50,071 nucleotides of DNA from a virus (Duplodnaviria > Caudoviricetes), in IMG/VR virus record IMGVR_UViG_3300028920_000008, positions 1 through 50,071 of that record, one strand, 5' to 3'. Positions within the stretch are counted from its first letter, which is position 1. Each line of letters begins with the position of its first letter. The notes beneath the pieces are model-generated. The model saw only the letters and a list, made by a program, of their open reading frames with translations, was not told where the DNA came from and did not search any database. Both the position numbers and the translations under genes were made by a program. Positions 1-9,064 of this stretch are shown here, one piece after another.

Positions 1-127
1 AACAAATTCTGAATCAGTCCACGCAGATCCACTCGTATCATATCGCCGCCATTTGGCGGTTGTCATCATGGAGTAAAGACCCTCTGCGATTGTGAAATCC
101 CAAAGGAATGCCATCGCGTCTTTCATA
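1..127. repeat. Terminal direct repeat, copy 1 (circular assembly overlap)
   Basis: Identical to 49945-50071; 127 bp is a common assembler k-mer; it lies inside the capsid ORF. Confidence 0.95.
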
Positions 128-927
128 TCCATGATGTAGTCTGCTCGAACATTGATGAAGCGTGAAAGCATCTGGATTAATTCTACTGTCAATCCAGCGT
201 GACGCAGATATTTCCATCCGTTCACGAGCCACTTGTCGTAGCTGATGGCGAATTCTGTCCCTGCACGACCTTCCGGCGTCGGAGCTGTTGCGGCTGCGAT
301 ATCGGAATTGTCAAGAGGAACCGATGTCTTGAGCGGATAGTAGAATGTCATCGAAGGCATCGGAACGATGTTCGCAAAGTTTTTGAACATCGCCTTTGCC
401 CCGGCTTTCTCAAGAAGCATGTTGACATACTCAGGAGCGATTACACCAGTGCTGTCACCGAATCCAGTGTCGATCCCGCGATGGTCAAGCAGAGCATCCC
501 CTTCACCGAGGATGTCGCTTCCTGTGGTATGCTCTGTCTGCGCGAGAGAGATCTTTCTTTCGATATCTTTGTCCCGCATGACCTGTGCTTCCGTCAATTC
601 GCCAGACGCAGGCTCCCACCTTGTCTTGACGTACTGAGCAATCGGATCTGCCCCAACGCCACGGTTTCCATCACCGCCAACGATGAATCTTCCGCGAACG
701 CTGTTTTTGAGCTTTCTCGTGCGTCCGCTCTTTGGATCTCGATGATACTCAATCTCATATCCACGAGCAAGGTCACGAGATGTTACGCCAAAGTGGGCTT
801 TTTCATAAAGCCTGTTCAGCGCAACAAACTTTTCTGTTGATGTCAGATCTGGATGATCCTCGCAGTACCGAAGAAACTTCTTCTGAAGTGCTACGAATTC
901 ATCCTTCGTCAGTTCTTCCCTGAACAT
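1..927 (-). CDS. Major capsid protein, N-terminal part (continues across the circular junction to 49246; 541 aa total)
   Basis: Manual translation from ATG at 927 (GGAGGG RBS): MFREELTKDEF...GFGDSTGVIAPEYVNMLLEKAGAKAMFKNFANIVPMPSMTFYYP...PEG...YIMDMKDAMAFLWDF, open and in frame with 49246..50070; HK97-fold-like pattern; follows portal and protease. Confidence 0.85.
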   Translation of the reverse strand, partial: MFREELTKDEFVALQKKFLRYCEDHPDLTSTEKFVALNRLYEKAHFGVTSRDLARGYEIEYHRDPKSGRTRKLKNSVRGRFIVGGDGNRGVGADPIAQYVKTRWEPASGELTEAQVMRDKDIERKISLAQTEHTTGSDILGEGDALLDHRGIDTGFGDSTGVIAPEYVNMLLEKAGAKAMFKNFANIVPMPSMTFYYPLKTSVPLDNSDIAAATAPTPEGRAGTEFAISYDKWLVNGWKYLRHAGLTVELIQMLSRFINVRADYIMDMKDAMAFLWDFTIAEGLYSMMTTAKWRRYDTSGSAWTDSEFV

Positions 928-952
928 TTTCCCTCCTTAATAGGTAAGATTG

Positions 953-2392
953 TTAAATTTCGGTTTTCACGGTTGTCGGGTCGATCTCCTCGATGGAAGC
1001 GCCATATCCCTCTTTCTTGGAGTTGGCTACCTTTTTTACATCTTCTTTCGAGAACATGCCAGATACGCCACCAAGTCCGTTCGAGAATTTTTGCGCCGCC
1101 TGACAAAGACCGAGAATCTCATCTTCTGATTCCTCGCCCGTCAAGTTGTTTTTGACCATGAACATTTGATCTTTTGTGAGTTCGATCTTGTTCTTTTTTG
1201 CGATCTGCGAAACATCCTCGATTGCACGATCGATCGCTTCTCTGCGCTCCGTGACCTTCGAGTTGACGATTTTCGCAACCTTCTCGCTTGAGCTTACATC
1301 TTCATCTTTGATGTTCTCAAGAGAGGCAAGGATAAAATCCTTGTTACGAGAAAGATCTTCCTTCTGCCTGTCAAGAGAAAGCTGGAGATGCGAATCAACA
1401 GCTTCCTTAAATTTCGGGATTGACAGGAAGTCAGAAAGAGCAATTTTCTCTTTCCCCTCCAGCTCTTGCAGGATTTCGGAGATAGTCAACTTCTTTCCTC
1501 CTTCTTTGCTAAGAATTGTTATTGGTTCATCTCCATCGATGTCTTGCTGAGAGTTTACAACCTGGACTGCACGACTACCTTGAATAGCTCCCTCATCAAC
1601 ATAGTCAAGTGATGTTGGATTCCATTTGAACAAAAGGATCCTAGCGCCATCTTCCTTGTGCCATCTGTCCTCTTCAACTGATTCATATTCAACTGGATCT
1701 CCAAACATAGAGACTTCGTAGCTGTCAAGATATCCTTGCGCAGACGCTATTGCAAGATTCTCTCTGAATTCTCCTGCCTCGCCATGAGGATAGATATAGG
1801 TATACGCAGCAGGATTTCCCTGCTCATCTACGTATGATCCTATTGTATTTCCAACTCTCTTGTGATATGAGTCGAAATAATTCCTGTGCCCTAACCTTAC
1901 TGCGAGATTTGAGAATTCATCAATCATTGCTACCGTTTTGTCGCGATAGTATTTGATGCCATTTGCTACAACAAAATCTTTTCCATTGAAGTCCATAGCA
2001 ACAACACGAGCAACAAAAGGCTTCTCTGATCCGTGGCGATTCTCTATTTCGAGAATTTTATCATACGCACCAGAGCCAAACAAATCTTTTATTTCAGACT
2101 TGCTTTCTTCTGAATTACTAACCTTATCGACTCTAGCCGAAAGGCAAACATGATTCATAAAAACTTTTCCATTATCTAGCATTCTGTAATATATTTTATT
2201 AAGCTTTCTGTTTTTTACCCATTTCCTTGCGGATTCATCTGTCCAACCTCCGTCGCCAGAAAAAACAAACCTTACAATCCGCGACGTTCCAGATTCAAAA
2301 TCAGCAGACACGCCCTTGTCGTTGTCTATGGCCTCCCTTACAATTGGCCCATTGTATAGATCGTCAAGGCTTATAACAACAGAATTCTTCAT
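953..2392 (-). CDS. Putative prohead protease/scaffold protein
   Basis: Between portal and capsid; protease-like central region (LGH...VG, YEVSMFG, LDYVDEGA) and helical charged C-terminus. Confidence 0.65.
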   Translation of the reverse strand: MKNSVVISLDDLYNGPIVREAIDNDKGVSADFESGTSRIVRFVFSGDGGWTDESARKWVKNRKLNKIYYRMLDNGKVFMNHVCLSARVDKVSNSEESKSEIKDLFGSGAYDKILEIENRHGSEKPFVARVVAMDFNGKDFVVANGIKYYRDKTVAMIDEFSNLAVRLGHRNYFDSYHKRVGNTIGSYVDEQGNPAAYTYIYPHGEAGEFRENLAIASAQGYLDSYEVSMFGDPVEYESVEEDRWHKEDGARILLFKWNPTSLDYVDEGAIQGSRAVQVVNSQQDIDGDEPITILSKEGGKKLTISEILQELEGKEKIALSDFLSIPKFKEAVDSHLQLSLDRQKEDLSRNKDFILASLENIKDEDVSSSEKVAKIVNSKVTERREAIDRAIEDVSQIAKKNKIELTKDQMFMVKNNLTGEESEDEILGLCQAAQKFSNGLGGVSGMFSKEDVKKVANSKKEGYGASIEEIDPTTVKTEI

Positions 2393-2394
2393 CT

Positions 2395-3858
2395 TTACTC
2401 CTCTTCGCCCTTCCTATCATCGGTTCCAGCATCCCCAGGCGTAAGCTTCTCTCTTTGATCTTCTATGTCAGCTTGATCGCCCTGCGTTCCTGATTGTGGG
2501 TTTTTCATACCAGAAGCCCTTGATAGAATTTTGACAGCATCAGGATATTTGTCCGCCAATTCTTGAATTGAATTAAGATCCTTGTCTAGTTTTGAAAGCT
2601 CTTCTTCCCATCCAATTTCTGGATTGTTTTCTTCGTGGAATGTGCTTGGAGATTTTGTTAGTGCCTGAATTTCGCCAAGCCCCCTCTTTGATCTTTTGCT
2701 TTGATCCTCAAAAGACACTGGAAGGGTGGTAATCCTATAGTCATCGCCAGTAAACTTGCCAGCAAGAAGAAGCTCTCTATTTATTAACGGCCTTAATATT
2801 TCATGATTTTCTTTTTTTATGATAGACTGTATAGCTCTTTTAAGCACTACTTCTTTTCTAAATAATTCTTCTCCCCCGCTTCCGTTGTTTATCATTCCGC
2901 TAAGTAGGTCTATTGGATAGTCTATCGCAATCGATAGAACCGACATAACCATCATAATATCTTCAACAGAACTCATTACTGTTTTTGTCCCACCAAACTC
3001 GTCTATCTCGTGTTTTCCATCTATGAACAAATCTGTTGTGTTTGATCTTAGCTGTTGACCAACATTCCTCATGTATTGACTGATCAGCGCGGGGTCTGTT
3101 CCAGAGTTTGATTTCCTTCCAACATAATGAACCCGAAGCTTCTGTGCCGCAAGATGTCTCATTATTGCAGAATCTTCAAGTAACATCATCGCCATGTTGA
3201 ATATCTTTATTCCGCTCGCCCACATCGACCAGCCATACCTGAAGAATCTTCCCTTGTACGGATCGTTCCTTCCGTGAATAATCTTCGCCCATCCAAACCA
3301 CGAAATAACATCATCAAACAATCCATTTGATATGTCTTGAACCTGAGCAAAAGATCTGGAGAATGGTGGTGAAAACCTGTCGAGATCGTCTGTGTTCCTG
3401 AGCATTGTTTCTGTTGGCATTGGTATTACATTTGATATGTATGCAACCCTGCCAGGACTGATCGACTCAACAAATTCGAGTTGCCCCCAAAAATCTCCGT
3501 CGCGCAACATCATATAGAGGAATTCTTTCCTCTTTTCTTGATACTCTGTCCTTTTTAGCAGATCGTGTATTATTTTTTTCTTTCTGCTTGGTGCGTCGAT
3601 TTTGACTTCATTTGCTGTTGCATCTTCGCATAGCTTTTCAAGTGCCTTGTCAGCGATGGCACCTTCTCTGCCCATGTCTCGCAAGTCGGAAATCATTTTT
3701 TTTCTGTCAACCTGGCCGACAGTATTGGCTATCTTGTCAAAGCCTTGCATGAGAATTTCTTGGGAAGATCCAAACCCTCTTGCGCTATACTTTTCTACCG
3801 GCCTCTCATCTGTAGCGGTTGGCCTTAGCATTTCTGTGATTCTTTGGACGATGCTCAT
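2395..3858 (-). CDS. Portal protein
   Basis: 487 aa directly after TerL; MLRDGDFW, YGWSMW, MLLEDSAIMRHLAAQKLRVHYVG resemble portal motifs. Confidence 0.8.
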   Translation of the reverse strand: MSIVQRITEMLRPTATDERPVEKYSARGFGSSQEILMQGFDKIANTVGQVDRKKMISDLRDMGREGAIADKALEKLCEDATANEVKIDAPSRKKKIIHDLLKRTEYQEKRKEFLYMMLRDGDFWGQLEFVESISPGRVAYISNVIPMPTETMLRNTDDLDRFSPPFSRSFAQVQDISNGLFDDVISWFGWAKIIHGRNDPYKGRFFRYGWSMWASGIKIFNMAMMLLEDSAIMRHLAAQKLRVHYVGRKSNSGTDPALISQYMRNVGQQLRSNTTDLFIDGKHEIDEFGGTKTVMSSVEDIMMVMSVLSIAIDYPIDLLSGMINNGSGGEELFRKEVVLKRAIQSIIKKENHEILRPLINRELLLAGKFTGDDYRITTLPVSFEDQSKRSKRGLGEIQALTKSPSTFHEENNPEIGWEEELSKLDKDLNSIQELADKYPDAVKILSRASGMKNPQSGTQGDQADIEDQREKLTPGDAGTDDRKGEEE

Positions 3859-5585
3859 TTTCTTATGATTCCCAATCTTTTAGCAGACTGATTTACTAAC
3901 GATTGATATTGCGAAATCGAGAAAGAAGTTATTATTCCGCCAGAAAAAGAACCAGTATCAGCAATTGGTATCGAGTCAAGACCATAGTCCTCTATAATTT
4001 GCTGATACGCAAACGATAGGCAGTCCATCAAGTCGCTTGTATATCCCTGCCCCCACTTCCCTTTGTGGTCAAGTCTTGGCACATTCTGGCCTGATTCTGA
4101 TGGATCTTTTGGAATGTAACATCTTCTTTCGTCCTCAAATGCTGATGATTCTGGTTGTTTGTATGTGCCGTGAACCATGTCAACTTTTGCGAGAGACATC
4201 GATCTTAATATCTTTGCTGTTTCGTTGCTTCCTGGGATCACTTCCCCAAACTCACCGCGGAGTACAGATATATATCCGCTATTGCCACAACATATAATCT
4301 TTGCTCGTTGAAAAACTGCCTTGATTTTTTTGACTCTATCAAGGAATGTATCCTCTAAGTCCATCAGATACTTTCCGTGAGATATTGCCCTTATGTGTTC
4401 TCTGTTTCTTGACACTTGAAGCAGAAGATATGCAGAAAAATCTCCTTCTTCTAGTTGTTTGAACCTATTTGGATCTAGTGCAAGATAAAAGTTTCCGTCG
4501 TGTGTTACGCCATCTTCTGCTAATTGCTTGATTTCCTCATAGTCGAGCCAGTCAATCGAGTCGTCTATTGACTTTGCCCATACCGGCCACGGGAAGAAAA
4601 GACCTTCTTCTGATTGGAATTGCCCTCTAACCTCTCTGTTATATATAGGGGCGGCACCCGCTCTTTGTAGCCTCTCCCTAAAGTCGAGCAGTATATCAAG
4701 GTTGGTAAACTTGTTGTGGTAAGAAGCAAAGTTGTATTTCATCACAGAGTCTCCTGGGTTCTGATACATCTCGTATATCTCGCCAGATTTGCCCCACGGA
4801 GTAGAAGTGATAAATATGCCGCTAAAGCAATTCCCAACCTGAAGTGATGGCCTCATAACCTCATTGATTATACTTGGCGCTCTTGTAAAGCACGCCTCAT
4901 CAAAAAGATAGACAATTGTGCATCTAACATCATCACCATATCTGTTCTTTATTACATCTGCGTGAAAACCGCGAGTTGTTCTTCCGTCAACACCAGCGGT
5001 TCTAATGAATATCTCAGATCCATTTATGAATTTTATATATGTTTTTGTATCTTCGGAAACAAAAGAATACAGCGTTTCATTTGACTCAAGCGCCTGATGT
5101 ATTGAATTTCTCAGAAGAAGCGCTGTATCCTTTGTGTTTCCTACTACAATTACTTTTGTCGGAACGGGCCTGTCGCACTTAAACATCAAAGCCCTAATGT
5201 AAGGCTCTATTGTCGCCTCCATTATCGCTTTCTGCGTGTTCATTATCGCTGACTTTCCAGTTCCACGGCCTGTAATCATCAGCGTAATTGGCTTTTTGCC
5301 CATAAGCGAATTTGATATCACAGCCGACTGATACGGCGTTCCGACAAAAAACGGGCACCCGTTTTTATAATCAAGCTTAGATACATTTGGGCAATCCTTC
5401 TTCATATCACCGGCAGGGCATTTTTCTGATGCGTAATATGCACAGTCCTCGTTTGCGCAATACGCAAGAGGCTTTTTCATGCCAAACGCATCAGCGAATA
5501 TACGCGGATTGTGAAGTTTCACAATATCGCTTATAGCTTCCCTGTCGTTAAATATGAATCCGGATTTAGCCAAACAGCTTTCCAA
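3855..5585 (-). CDS. terL: Terminase large subunit
   Basis: Walker A GRGTGKS, Walker B YLFDEA, ITSTPWG motif, nuclease region LALDP...DFSA...DLMDCL; start codon uncertain. Confidence 0.9.
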   Translation of the reverse strand: MESCLAKSGFIFNDREAISDIVKLHNPRIFADAFGMKKPLAYCANEDCAYYASEKCPAGDMKKDCPNVSKLDYKNGCPFFVGTPYQSAVISNSLMGKKPITLMITGRGTGKSAIMNTQKAIMEATIEPYIRALMFKCDRPVPTKVIVVGNTKDTALLLRNSIHQALESNETLYSFVSEDTKTYIKFINGSEIFIRTAGVDGRTTRGFHADVIKNRYGDDVRCTIVYLFDEACFTRAPSIINEVMRPSLQVGNCFSGIFITSTPWGKSGEIYEMYQNPGDSVMKYNFASYHNKFTNLDILLDFRERLQRAGAAPIYNREVRGQFQSEEGLFFPWPVWAKSIDDSIDWLDYEEIKQLAEDGVTHDGNFYLALDPNRFKQLEEGDFSAYLLLQVSRNREHIRAISHGKYLMDLEDTFLDRVKKIKAVFQRAKIICCGNSGYISVLRGEFGEVIPGSNETAKILRSMSLAKVDMVHGTYKQPESSAFEDERRCYIPKDPSESGQNVPRLDHKGKWGQGYTSDLMDCLSFAYQQIIEDYGLDSIPIADTGSFSGGIITSFSISQYQSLVNQSAKRLGIIRK

Positions 5586-5817
5586 TCAGCTTGTGCCCAA
5601 TAGATGCTACTGTTGCGCCGGCAAAGCCAGCGACCATCATCATAGGATCGTCTGCTGCGCCACCTGCAACAATGCCGGTTGTGCCCCAAGTTGCATTTGT
5701 TTGTGTCGGAATCGTGTCATTGGGAATACTTGTCCTGTGCTTGATGATTGCACCTTGAACAGCAGACCCGGCAAGCGAAATTCCGAACATCAGCATTGGT
5801 TTGAGATATTCTTCCAT
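5566..5817 (-). CDS. Small hydrophobic Gly/Ala-rich membrane protein (holin-like candidate)
   Basis: ATG 5817 with AGGAGG RBS; hydrophobic segments; near the endolysin. Confidence 0.5.
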   Translation of the reverse strand: MEEYLKPMLMFGISLAGSAVQGAIIKHRTSIPNDTIPTQTNATWGTTGIVAGGAADDPMMMVAGFAGATVASIGHKLIGKLFG

Positions 5818-5824
5818 AATCCTC

Positions 5825-6259
5825 CTATTCAGAAAGAAGTGCAATCCTTCCGCGTATCCATCCTGCGTTTTGGTCTGAAGCTGGAGACATTGTAATTTTA
5901 ATCTGATCGAACAACAGCTTTCCAAAATTCGACGTGTCTGTCGGCGTAATCAGATATGTTTTGCCACCAGTTCCGATTCCGGCTTGAACGGTGTGTGGAA
6001 GTGTTTTTTCAAGGCCGTCAGAATAATCAATGAGGGTCAGGGCGACTGTGTTTGTTGGGTCAGATACAGTGCCTATCACTGATAAAACTTGAAAGTTTCC
6101 AGATCCAGCATCTATGTCCCACTTTAGGGACAAAACCGCTTTTGTTGGTAGTACCAATCCGGACTTAACACAGTTGAAAGAATATTTTTTCTCTTTTGCG
6201 GCCTTGTCTACGGACAGATCATCCCACGAAAAAAAATCATCCTGGGAAATTAGGTACAT
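5825..6259 (-). CDS. Hypothetical protein (beta-rich)
   Basis: 144-aa ORF packed in the late operon. Confidence 0.6.
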   Translation of the reverse strand: MYLISQDDFFSWDDLSVDKAAKEKKYSFNCVKSGLVLPTKAVLSLKWDIDAGSGNFQVLSVIGTVSDPTNTVALTLIDYSDGLEKTLPHTVQAGIGTGGKTYLITPTDTSNFGKLLFDQIKITMSPASDQNAGWIRGRIALLSE

Positions 6260-6276
6260 AATCTGCTTCCTTCTGT

Positions 6277-6510
6277 TTACGGAACGACCGGGGGATTAAC
6301 CCTGTCATCTCCAAACCTGTCGGCAAGCTGAGAAAGAATATGAGAGACTGCGGCGTCCCAATCTTCTCTCAATTCATTTGATGCTGCCGGCGCAGCAAGG
6401 AGCGCACTCGTGAGATTTGCGAAATCATCACTTCCAACGCCATCCTTGAGGCCAACGAGAAGGTCGTAAATCTTATCGGCAAGATTTTTAACTTCCTCTT
6501 TGCTATACAT
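6277..6510 (-). CDS. Small acidic helical hypothetical protein
   Basis: AGGAGG RBS before ATG 6510 (MYSKEEV...). Confidence 0.6.
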   Translation of the reverse strand: MYSKEEVKNLADKIYDLLVGLKDGVGSDDFANLTSALLAAPAASNELREDWDAAVSHILSQLADRFGDDRVNPPVVP

Positions 6511-6511
6511 A

Positions 6512-6682
6512 CTATCCTCCTTCGGTTTCGGTACTTTTTGCACACTCTGAAAAATGCCTTTTAGATACTCTTGCTGGCACCTTTCTTCCATTATGATCTT
6601 TCGACCATTTCTCGTTCTTCCGCTTCACACATCCCAACAGGGCTTTTCTTTTCTCAGGTGAAAGCCTATCTGGATTTGGCAT
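6512..6682 (-). CDS. 56-aa basic protein (below the ORF-track size cutoff)
   Basis: Manual translation MPNPDRLSPEKRKALLGCVKRKNEKW...TEGG*; fills the gap between its neighbours. Confidence 0.5.
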   Translation of the reverse strand: MPNPDRLSPEKRKALLGCVKRKNEKWSKDHNGRKVPARVSKRHFSECAKSTETEGG

Positions 6683-6686
6683 TTAG

Positions 6687-6887
6687 CTACTCACTTGTAG
6701 TTTGGCCCTTAATAAGGCTTATCACTTCCATAAACTCACTGGAGGGGAGAGAGCCAATCGGATTGTCTGCTTGGTATTGTGTTTCGTTTGCATAGATAGT
6801 GACATTGTTATCTACGCGGTTCAGTTTGAAAACTCTCCCTCCGCTTGTCTTCATAACGATTACATTTTCGAGAATTATAGCTGCCAT
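6687..6887 (-). CDS. Hypothetical protein
   Basis: GAGGAG RBS; tight packing. Confidence 0.55.
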   Translation of the reverse strand: MAAIILENVIVMKTSGGRVFKLNRVDNNVTIYANETQYQADNPIGSLPSSEFMEVISLIKGQTTSE

Positions 6888-6889
6888 AT

Positions 6890-7348
6890 CTACTCCTCAA
6901 GAAATGGATCTACAAAAGCAACAATTCTTGGCCTTGTCATAAACGGCCTTATTTTGATATATGCGTTTTGATTTATAGCATCTTGCGTAGTTTTTGTCCT
7001 TGACCCTCCGCCAGATGCTCCAATAGAAAGCTCGTCGTTTATGCAGTATTCGATGTGAATTACTGCTCCAGCTTGATTTGCCCAAAAAACAAGACATCCT
7101 TCTCTTGGCTCTTGCATCGAAAGATCTTTGAATCTCTCGTACAACCCACTTGCAGTCCAATCGCCTTTTCGCGGAAGAATTCCCACGCTTTTTAGTATCT
7201 CTATGCAAAAACCAGAGCAATCAAAACCAGATGGATCGTCCCCTCCCCACAGATATGGCACGCCAAGAAATGACATAGCAACGCTTGTTGCAATTTTTCT
7301 TCTATCCCATTGTTGCATCGTCTGAACCGTTTGTTTCGATGTGTCCAA
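6890..7348 (-). CDS. NlpC/P60 peptidase, probable endolysin
   Basis: GVPYLWGG...GFDCSG catalytic Cys motif, downstream His (VIHI). Confidence 0.9.
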   Translation of the reverse strand: MDTSKQTVQTMQQWDRRKIATSVAMSFLGVPYLWGGDDPSGFDCSGFCIEILKSVGILPRKGDWTASGLYERFKDLSMQEPREGCLVFWANQAGAVIHIEYCINDELSIGASGGGSRTKTTQDAINQNAYIKIRPFMTRPRIVAFVDPFLEE

Positions 7349-7727
7349 GAATTCTTTCGAAAACTTCTGTTTGCCTTTTTAAGACATCTTGTACTAGCGT
7401 TTCGTTCAGCCCAACAAGCCTTTCAAGCGTACATACTTGAGACTCTACTGTTATTTTGACTTCTCTTATCTCTCCGATTATGCTTTTTACATCAGAGTCA
7501 AATCTTTCTGTGTTTTCATCGTGATTGTAGATCTCTCTTTTTAGGTCAACTGTTTTTTCTGATAGATTGTTTAATGCTCCGCAAATATCTTGCGAACACT
7601 CTTTAAGTGCGCTCACATATGATGGGAGCCACTTCTGTACCGCCCATTTAAATAAGCTCATCCCAGAGATGACTATTACCCCCAAAATGCCAAGTGCCCC
7701 AAGTTGTATAGCATCAGGTATCGTCAA
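7302..7727 (-). CDS. Holin-like membrane protein with coiled coil
   Basis: N-terminal hydrophobic helix (LGALGILGVIVISG); directly upstream of the endolysin. Confidence 0.55.
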   Translation of the reverse strand: MTIPDAIQLGALGILGVIVISGMSLFKWAVQKWLPSYVSALKECSQDICGALNNLSEKTVDLKREIYNHDENTERFDSDVKSIIGEIREVKITVESQVCTLERLVGLNETLVQDVLKRQTEVFERILGHIETNGSDDATMG

Positions 7728-7797
7728 GACTGGCCCTTTCTCGATATCCCAACATCACAATTAACTGTATTCCCCAATCGCTGCGCTTAGTGATGTA

Positions 7798-8208
7798 CTA
7801 CAGATCTCCAAATCTTCCTGGCATCTTATTGGTTACGTCAAAAAACCAAACTTCTTCGTGATGGAATTTTTTACCATCCGACCTCTCAAACTCAATTCTG
7901 ACATACCACTTGCCAGCTTTGTTGATCTCATCTGAACCAAAAACATAATGATATACACCGTTACCATCAGAAGTAAGATTCGCATAGATATCATCTTTTG
8001 TGTGGTCATCAACATCTTGATTGTTCGACTCGTGCCTTGCGCAAAACTTGATTGCCGTATAGTTTGTCGGGTCGAGTTCAACATCAACAAGCCTTTTGTG
8101 CGTAGAGTCATATTCCTTGTCGGTGAACACAAAATACGGATATGGATATCTGTCTCCTATCGCGTACGTTCCAAGATCTTGATAGCTATTACGCTTCATC
8201 AAGCTCAA
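7798..8208 (-). CDS. Ig-like/BppU N-terminal-like protein
   Basis: GVYHYVF...EINKAGKWYVRIEF pattern. Confidence 0.5.
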   Translation of the reverse strand: MSLMKRNSYQDLGTYAIGDRYPYPYFVFTDKEYDSTHKRLVDVELDPTNYTAIKFCARHESNNQDVDDHTKDDIYANLTSDGNGVYHYVFGSDEINKAGKWYVRIEFERSDGKKFHHEEVWFFDVTNKMPGRFGDL

Positions 8209-8428
8209 CTTTCTTTATATGTCCTTGAACGATCGCATATGACTCATACAACCCAACCCTCGCGCTAACCGCCTTGCCATCAACGGACGAAAAAACAGGC
8301 TTACAGCCGACATTGGCCATCACTGTCTTACCGTCAATCTCCGCAAAAACCTTCTTTTTTACGCCTCCACCAAGCGTGTATCTTATTAAGCCTTGCACGG
8401 CTGTTATAAGTATTGATGCTGTTGCCAT
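8189..8428 (-). CDS. Hypothetical protein
   Basis: Overlaps neighbouring stop/start codons. Confidence 0.5.
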   Translation of the reverse strand: MATASILITAVQGLIRYTLGGGVKKKVFAEIDGKTVMANVGCKPVFSSVDGKAVSARVGLYESYAIVQGHIKKVELDEA

Positions 8429-8922
8429 TAGTCTGTTGGTTGTTGTTTATATTTCGGATCTCCCCATCCAGCCCCAGTCGCAGGAACAACTGTTTTGTGC
8501 AGCATTATTCTCGGCCCAGAATACCAGTCGTCGCCAGAAATATCAACAACCTGTTCTATTTGGCCCTCTGTAAGCAGGCCGTTTGTGTTTACGTTTATAT
8601 CTACAGAAAACCTGAGTATTGATTTAACCCAAAGCTCAAACGTAACACCAGGATTGTCTGGAATTGCTTGTCCCGCATATCTGAATTGCCACCAAAATTC
8701 AGTAATCCTTTCAATTCCGGCAACATTTCCAGCCGATAAAAAATACCCATCAATCTTCCCATCTCCACCTGCAAGAACAAAATCCGCGTCATTCGGGCCG
8801 GTCGGCGGTTCGAGTCCCTCATCTATAGTGGCATAGTGCGGGCCTGCGGGGACAGCCGTAGTCCACTCGGCTTGTGAGTCCCCTACTACATAGATATACT
8901 CCCAACCAGCCGGTAGCGTCAT
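8428..8922 (-). CDS. Hypothetical protein (beta-sandwich-like)
   Basis: 164-aa ORF in the late operon. Confidence 0.6.
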   Translation of the reverse strand: MTLPAGWEYIYVVGDSQAEWTTAVPAGPHYATIDEGLEPPTGPNDADFVLAGGDGKIDGYFLSAGNVAGIERITEFWWQFRYAGQAIPDNPGVTFELWVKSILRFSVDINVNTNGLLTEGQIEQVVDISGDDWYSGPRIMLHKTVVPATGAGWGDPKYKQQPTD

Positions 8923-8929
8923 ATAAGCG

Positions 8930-9045
8930 CCTATCCTGTGAGGGGGGACAGGATTGCGGCACTCCTGATCCCCCCATCATGTTGCCGCATGACGGGAACG
9001 AGAGGTTTTGATATGATACTGACCCGCGTCATTGTGTGCGACAAC
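8930..9045 (-). ncRNA. Structured intergenic RNA candidate (two hairpins with alternative pairings)
   Basis: GTTGTCGCA/TGCGGCAAC and GGGGGGATCAGGA/TCCTGTCCCCCC stems on the minus strand. Confidence 0.4.
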
Positions 9046-9064
9046 AAAAACTGTGATATTATCA

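Noticed and set aside
1-127. Terminal repeat as a biological DTR
   Set aside because: Length equals a common assembler k-mer and it falls in the middle of the capsid gene
199-840. 213-aa plus-strand ORF
   Set aside because: Antisense shadow of the capsid gene
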